64,000 nucleotides of DNA from Patescibacteria group bacterium (lineage in GTDB: Bacteria; Patescibacteriota; Microgenomatia; UBA12405): NCBI GenBank assembly GCA_038062455.1, contig JBBTXE010000001.1, positions 381,760-445,759 of the forward strand, read 5' to 3'. Each line of letters opens with the position of its first letter. Positions within the stretch are counted from its first letter, which is position 1. Under the pieces are notes generated by a model, which did not search any database, had not been told where the DNA came from, and saw only the letters and a list, made by a program, of their open reading frames with translations. This document shows, piece after piece, positions 60,520 through 64,000 of this stretch. The position numbers and the translations under genes were made by a program.

Positions 60520-60738
60520 CACCATAGTCACTCAAAATCTGCCCCATCTTCGGTCAAAAATCATGGCTATTTTTGACCTATTTTGATACACTTTTTCCTT
60601 ATTTTTTTTCCTATCTTTCGGCTATATTTGCCTATTGTTAAGCTATTTTTATCTGCTACAATTAATTTATCTCTAAAAATTCGATAAAAATTATTTTCTA
60701 AAGCTCTATAGTTCTAACGCTCTAAATTTCTAAAAATA

Positions 60739-62679
60739 ATGTCCGACACCTTAAAATATACCAGTCAACAAATCGTCGTTCTTGAAGGTCTTGAACCCGT
60801 CCGCAAACGGCCGGCCATGTACATCGGCTCTACTGACATCACCGGCCTTCATCATTGTCTTAACGAAATTATTGACAACTCAATTGACGAAGCTCTAGCC
60901 GGTTTTGCTAAAAATATTTGGGTTATTGTTCACCCCGACAATTCCGTTACTGTGGCCGATGACGGCCGGGGAATTCCCATCGACATCATGCCTAAATACA
61001 AAAAATCGGCCTTAGAGGTAATCATGACTACCCTCCACTCCGGCGGCAAATTTGAAGGTACCGCCTACAAAGTCTCCGGCGGTCTCCACGGCGTCGGTGC
61101 CTCCTGCGTCAACGCTCTAAGCATCCTCTGTCAGGTTGAAGTCCGTCGGGACAAAAAAATTTATTCCATGGAATTTTCCCGAGGTAAGGTAAAAAGCCCC
61201 CTAACCACCATTACCAAAACCCAAATTCCTCTTTTAGAAAAATTCATCCCCAGCTCTGTTTCCGGCACCACCGTTACTTTTTACCCCGACCCGGAGATTT
61301 TTAAAGAAGGCATCGAGCTTGATACCAAAACCATTATCCGATCGCTTAAGGACCGTGCCTATCTGACCAGTAAAATATTTTTTCATTTTTTTGATCAACG
61401 AAGCGGTGGCGAACACCACTATTACTTTGAAGGCGGCATTCTCTCCTTACTGTCCGAAATAAACAAAGGTAAAACCACTCTTCATTCTCCCATCTACATC
61501 CACCGGGCCGATTCCGGTATCGATACCGAAGTCGCTATCCAATACAATGACTCCTTTCAGGAAAACACCCCCTCCTTTGTCAACATTATCAACACCCGCG
61601 AAGGCGGCTCTCACCTCTCTGGTTTCAAAACCGCTCTGACTAAATCCATCAAGGATTATGCCGAACGCAAAGAAATGATCAAAAACAAGGACGATTCCAT
61701 TACCGGCGACGACGTCCGTGAAGGTTTAACTGCCATTCTTTCCATTAGAATGGGAAGTAAAGATCTTCAGTTTGAAGGCCAAACTAAAGGGAAATTAGGC
61801 AACTCTGAAGTTCAGCCTATTGTGGCCAAAATTGTCCGGGAAGAACTGGATATCTTTTTTGAAGAACATCCGGATATTGCCAAAACTATCGTCAGCAAAA
61901 CCCTTTTAACCATTCAAATCCGTAAGGCCGCCAAAGCCGCCAAAGATGCCATTATGCGCAAGGGGGCCTTTGATTCGCTCGGGCTTCCTGGTAAACTGGC
62001 CGACTGCCAATCTAAAAAACCGGAAGAATGCGAAATATTTATAGTCGAAGGCGATTCCGCCGGTGGCTCAGCCAAACAGGCCCGCGATCGCAAATTCCAG
62101 GCTATTCTACCTCTCTGGGGCAAAGGTCTAAATACCGAAGGTATGCGCCTGGATAAAATAGTCAATTCCGATAAATTCAAAGATCTAATTATCGCTATTG
62201 GCATGGGAATAGGGGATTCATTAAATCCTGGTAAACTTCGTTATCACCGGATTATTCTTATGGCCGATGCCGACGTTGACGGTTCCCATATCAACACCCT
62301 CTGGCTAACCCTTCTCTTCCGCCACCTCTCTTACACCGTTGAAAATGGCCATGTCTACATTGCTATGCCACCACTTTTTGCCATAAAACAGGGAAAAAGC
62401 GTAAAATACGCCTACACTGATGAAGAAAAAGAAAAATATCTTCAAAGTCTGTCGTCGGACGAGAAGTACAGTATTCAACGTTACAAAGGTCTTGGTGAAA
62501 TGAACCCCGATCAACTTTGGACCACCACCATGAATCCGGAAACCCGGATTCTTAAACGAATCACTATTGAAGATGCCCAAAAGGCCGACGAAACCTTTCG
62601 AACCTTAATGAGTGAAGACGTTCCTCCCCGCAAAAAATTTATTGTTACCCACGCCCACCTGGCCACCTTGGATATTTAA
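60739..62679 (+). CDS. gyrB: DNA gyrase subunit B
   Basis: The ATPase domain carries [18 protein letters not shown] and [19 protein letters not shown]. Toprim [11 protein letters not shown] and the PLRGKILN-like PLWGKGLN are present. The C-terminal tail is present. Confidence 0.9.
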   Translation: MSDTLKYTSQQIVVLEGLEPVRKRPAMYIGSTDITGLHHCLNEIIDNSIDEALAGFAKNIWVIVHPDNSVTVADDGRGIPIDIMPKYKKSALEVIMTTLHSGGKFEGTAYKVSGGLHGVGASCVNALSILCQVEVRRDKKIYSMEFSRGKVKSPLTTITKTQIPLLEKFIPSSVSGTTVTFYPDPEIFKEGIELDTKTIIRSLKDRAYLTSKIFFHFFDQRSGGEHHYYFEGGILSLLSEINKGKTTLHSPIYIHRADSGIDTEVAIQYNDSFQENTPSFVNIINTREGGSHLSGFKTALTKSIKDYAERKEMIKNKDDSITGDDVREGLTAILSIRMGSKDLQFEGQTKGKLGNSEVQPIVAKIVREELDIFFEEHPDIAKTIVSKTLLTIQIRKAAKAAKDAIMRKGAFDSLGLPGKLADCQSKKPEECEIFIVEGDSAGGSAKQARDRKFQAILPLWGKGLNTEGMRLDKIVNSDKFKDLIIAIGMGIGDSLNPGKLRYHRIILMADADVDGSHINTLWLTLLFRHLSYTVENGHVYIAMPPLFAIKQGKSVKYAYTDEEKEKYLQSLSSDEKYSIQRYKGLGEMNPDQLWTTTMNPETRILKRITIEDAQKADETFRTLMSEDVPPRKKFIVTHAHLATLDI

Positions 62680-62685
62680 AAATGT

Positions 62686-64000
62686 ATGCCCGAAGAAAAA
62701 AACAAAATAGTCAAAGACGACAAAGTATTTGTCAATAACGCCGGCAAAATCATCGATGTCGACATTGTCCCGGAAATGGAGAAGTCCTATCTTGACTATG
62801 CGATGAGCGTCATTGTCTCCCGGGCCTTGCCTGACGTCCGCGACGGTTTAAAACCAGTTCACCGTCGGATAATTTTTGCCATGGACAAAATGGGACTCAC
62901 CCCCACCGGCAAAAATGTTAAATCAGCCGCTGTCGTCGGTGACGTCCTCAAGTCCTATCATCCTCACGGCGATGCCGCCGTCTACATGTCCCTCGTCCGT
63001 CTGGCCCAGGATTTTTCCCTCCGCTATCCTCTGGTCAAAGGTCAGGGAAATTTCGGTTCCATTGACGGCGATCCGCCGGCTGCCATGAGGTACACCGAGG
63101 TTAAAATGAGCCGATTAACTCCGGAAATGATTAGTGATATCGACAAGGAAACGGTGGAAATGATGGACAACTACGACGCTACCACTCTCGAACCAACCGT
63201 GCTGCCATCCCGAATTCCTAATTTACTTCTCAATGGTGCCGATGGAATTGCCGTTGGTATGGCCACCCGGATTCCGCCCCACAACCTTGGCGAACTTAGT
63301 GATGGTATCAACTTTGTTCTTGACCACTGTCATCTGGAAAAAGTCGAAAATAATATCGAAATCAAACCTCTTATCCAAAAAAATCTTAGCACTCAAAACA
63401 AAATTCTTCTCCCGGTCACTGCCCTCGAGCGCCAACACTATATTTTGGAAACCGCTGCCACTGTTGATGATCTTACTAAATACATTAACGGACCTGACTT
63501 TCCCACCGCCGGTGAAATCTATGGTAAAAAAGGCATTATTGAAATGTATCAAAGCGGCCGGGGTAAATTTACCCTTCGGGGTAAAGCTGAAATTACCGAA
63601 ACCAAATCAGGCAAAGTTAGAATTGTCATTTCCGAAATTCCCTATCAGGTCAATAAAGCCGAATTGGTTCAAAAAATAGCCCAGCTGGCTACTGACAAAA
63701 AAATTATTGGCATTAGTGACCTTCGCGATGAATCCGACCGTCACGGTATCCGGGTAGTATTGGAAATCAGAAAAACCGGCAAACCCAAATCGATTCTTAA
63801 CAAACTTTACAAATATACCTCGCTTCAATCATCATATTCCGCTAATCTATTGGCACTTGTTGGTGGCGTCCCCCAAACCCTAAACCTTCGCCAACTCCTT
63901 CTTCTCTTCCTTCGTCACCGCGAACTCATCGTCCGTCGGCGAACTCTCTTTGATCTTCGAACTGCTTATATGCGGGCCCACATTCTTGAAGGCCTAAAAA
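62686..64000 (+). CDS. gyrA: DNA gyrase subunit A (3' end beyond the window)
   Basis: Hand-translated from ATG 62686. [25 protein letters not shown] and AAMRYTE carry the active-site Tyr region. Open to the window end. Confidence 0.85.
   Translation, partial: MPEEKNKIVKDDKVFVNNAGKIIDVDIVPEMEKSYLDYAMSVIVSRALPDVRDGLKPVHRRIIFAMDKMGLTPTGKNVKSAAVVGDVLKSYHPHGDAAVYMSLVRLAQDFSLRYPLVKGQGNFGSIDGDPPAAMRYTEVKMSRLTPEMISDIDKETVEMMDNYDATTLEPTVLPSRIPNLLLNGADGIAVGMATRIPPHNLGELSDGINFVLDHCHLEKVENNIEIKPLIQKNLSTQNKILLPVTALERQHYILETAATVDDLTKYINGPDFPTAGEIYGKKGIIEMYQSGRGKFTLRGKAEITETKSGKVRIVISEIPYQVNKAELVQKIAQLATDKKIIGISDLRDESDRHGIRVVLEIRKTGKPKSILNKLYKYTSLQSSYSANLLALVGGVPQTLNLRQLLLLFLRHRELIVRRRTLFDLRTAYMRAHILEGLK

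Noticed and set aside
1-64000. CRISPR arrays and rRNA genes
   Set aside because: No regularly spaced direct repeats with unique spacers were seen. The only tandem repeats are 8-11-bp AT-rich units (tacttaatac, aattagaa, aattcgtaatt) in 3-4 copies with no spacers. No rRNA-like conserved blocks were found.

Overview
This 64-kb window looks like a small-genome, AT-rich-intergenic bacterium with C-rich codon usage, possibly Patescibacteria/CPR-like; that is inference from truncated housekeeping proteins and a large type IV pilus cluster. The core content is conserved: thrS-infC-rpmI-rplT-pheS-pheT, PBP1A, recG, rpmF-nusB-rnc-rpsP-KH, pilMNO, efp, tig, ligA, pth, a SpoU-type methyltransferase and gyrB-gyrA. 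There are five tRNAs in the window; four of them (Lys, Arg, Arg, Leu) form a cluster at 4586-4962. Several accessory segments stand out by A/T-ending codon usage. (1) A ~3.5-kb integrated element sits at tRNA-Lys, bounded by a 19-bp direct repeat of the tRNA 3' end, and carries a nucleotidyltransferase-like cargo gene, a large serine recombinase and two nested pairs of ~90-105-bp near-perfect inverted repeats. (2) A three-gene RiPP-like cassette at 25.2-27.4 kb, described next. (3) Four tandem AbiEi/AbiEii-like toxin-antitoxin pairs separated by a conserved 37-bp motif. (4) A Fic protein. (5) A 19-gene-scale type IV pilus cluster (pilB/T/C/A/D plus eight minor pilin-like genes). The RiPP-like cassette (2) is the strongest candidate for a new system: a radical-SAM/SPASM enzyme with an N-terminal RRE-like region, a 64-aa precursor with six Cys in a C-x-P repeat core, and an HExxH protein, all behind a consensus sigma70-like promoter. 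The most unusual sequence-level observation is several families of short GC-rich palindromes embedded in frame inside essential genes. One family is 28 bp (GTAGAGACG-N10-CGTCTCTAC) in pheT, ligA (twice) and pth. A second is TCCCGCG-loop-CGCGGGA in recG, ligA and the leader-peptide codons of five pseudopilin genes. A third is CCGCGTTCGACGCGG in ligA, pth and PBP1A. There is also a 58-bp repeat shared between the pilD coding sequence and an intergenic site. efp carries a single in-frame TAG. No CRISPR array or rRNA gene was seen. All functional calls are from motif-level reading of the translations without database searches.
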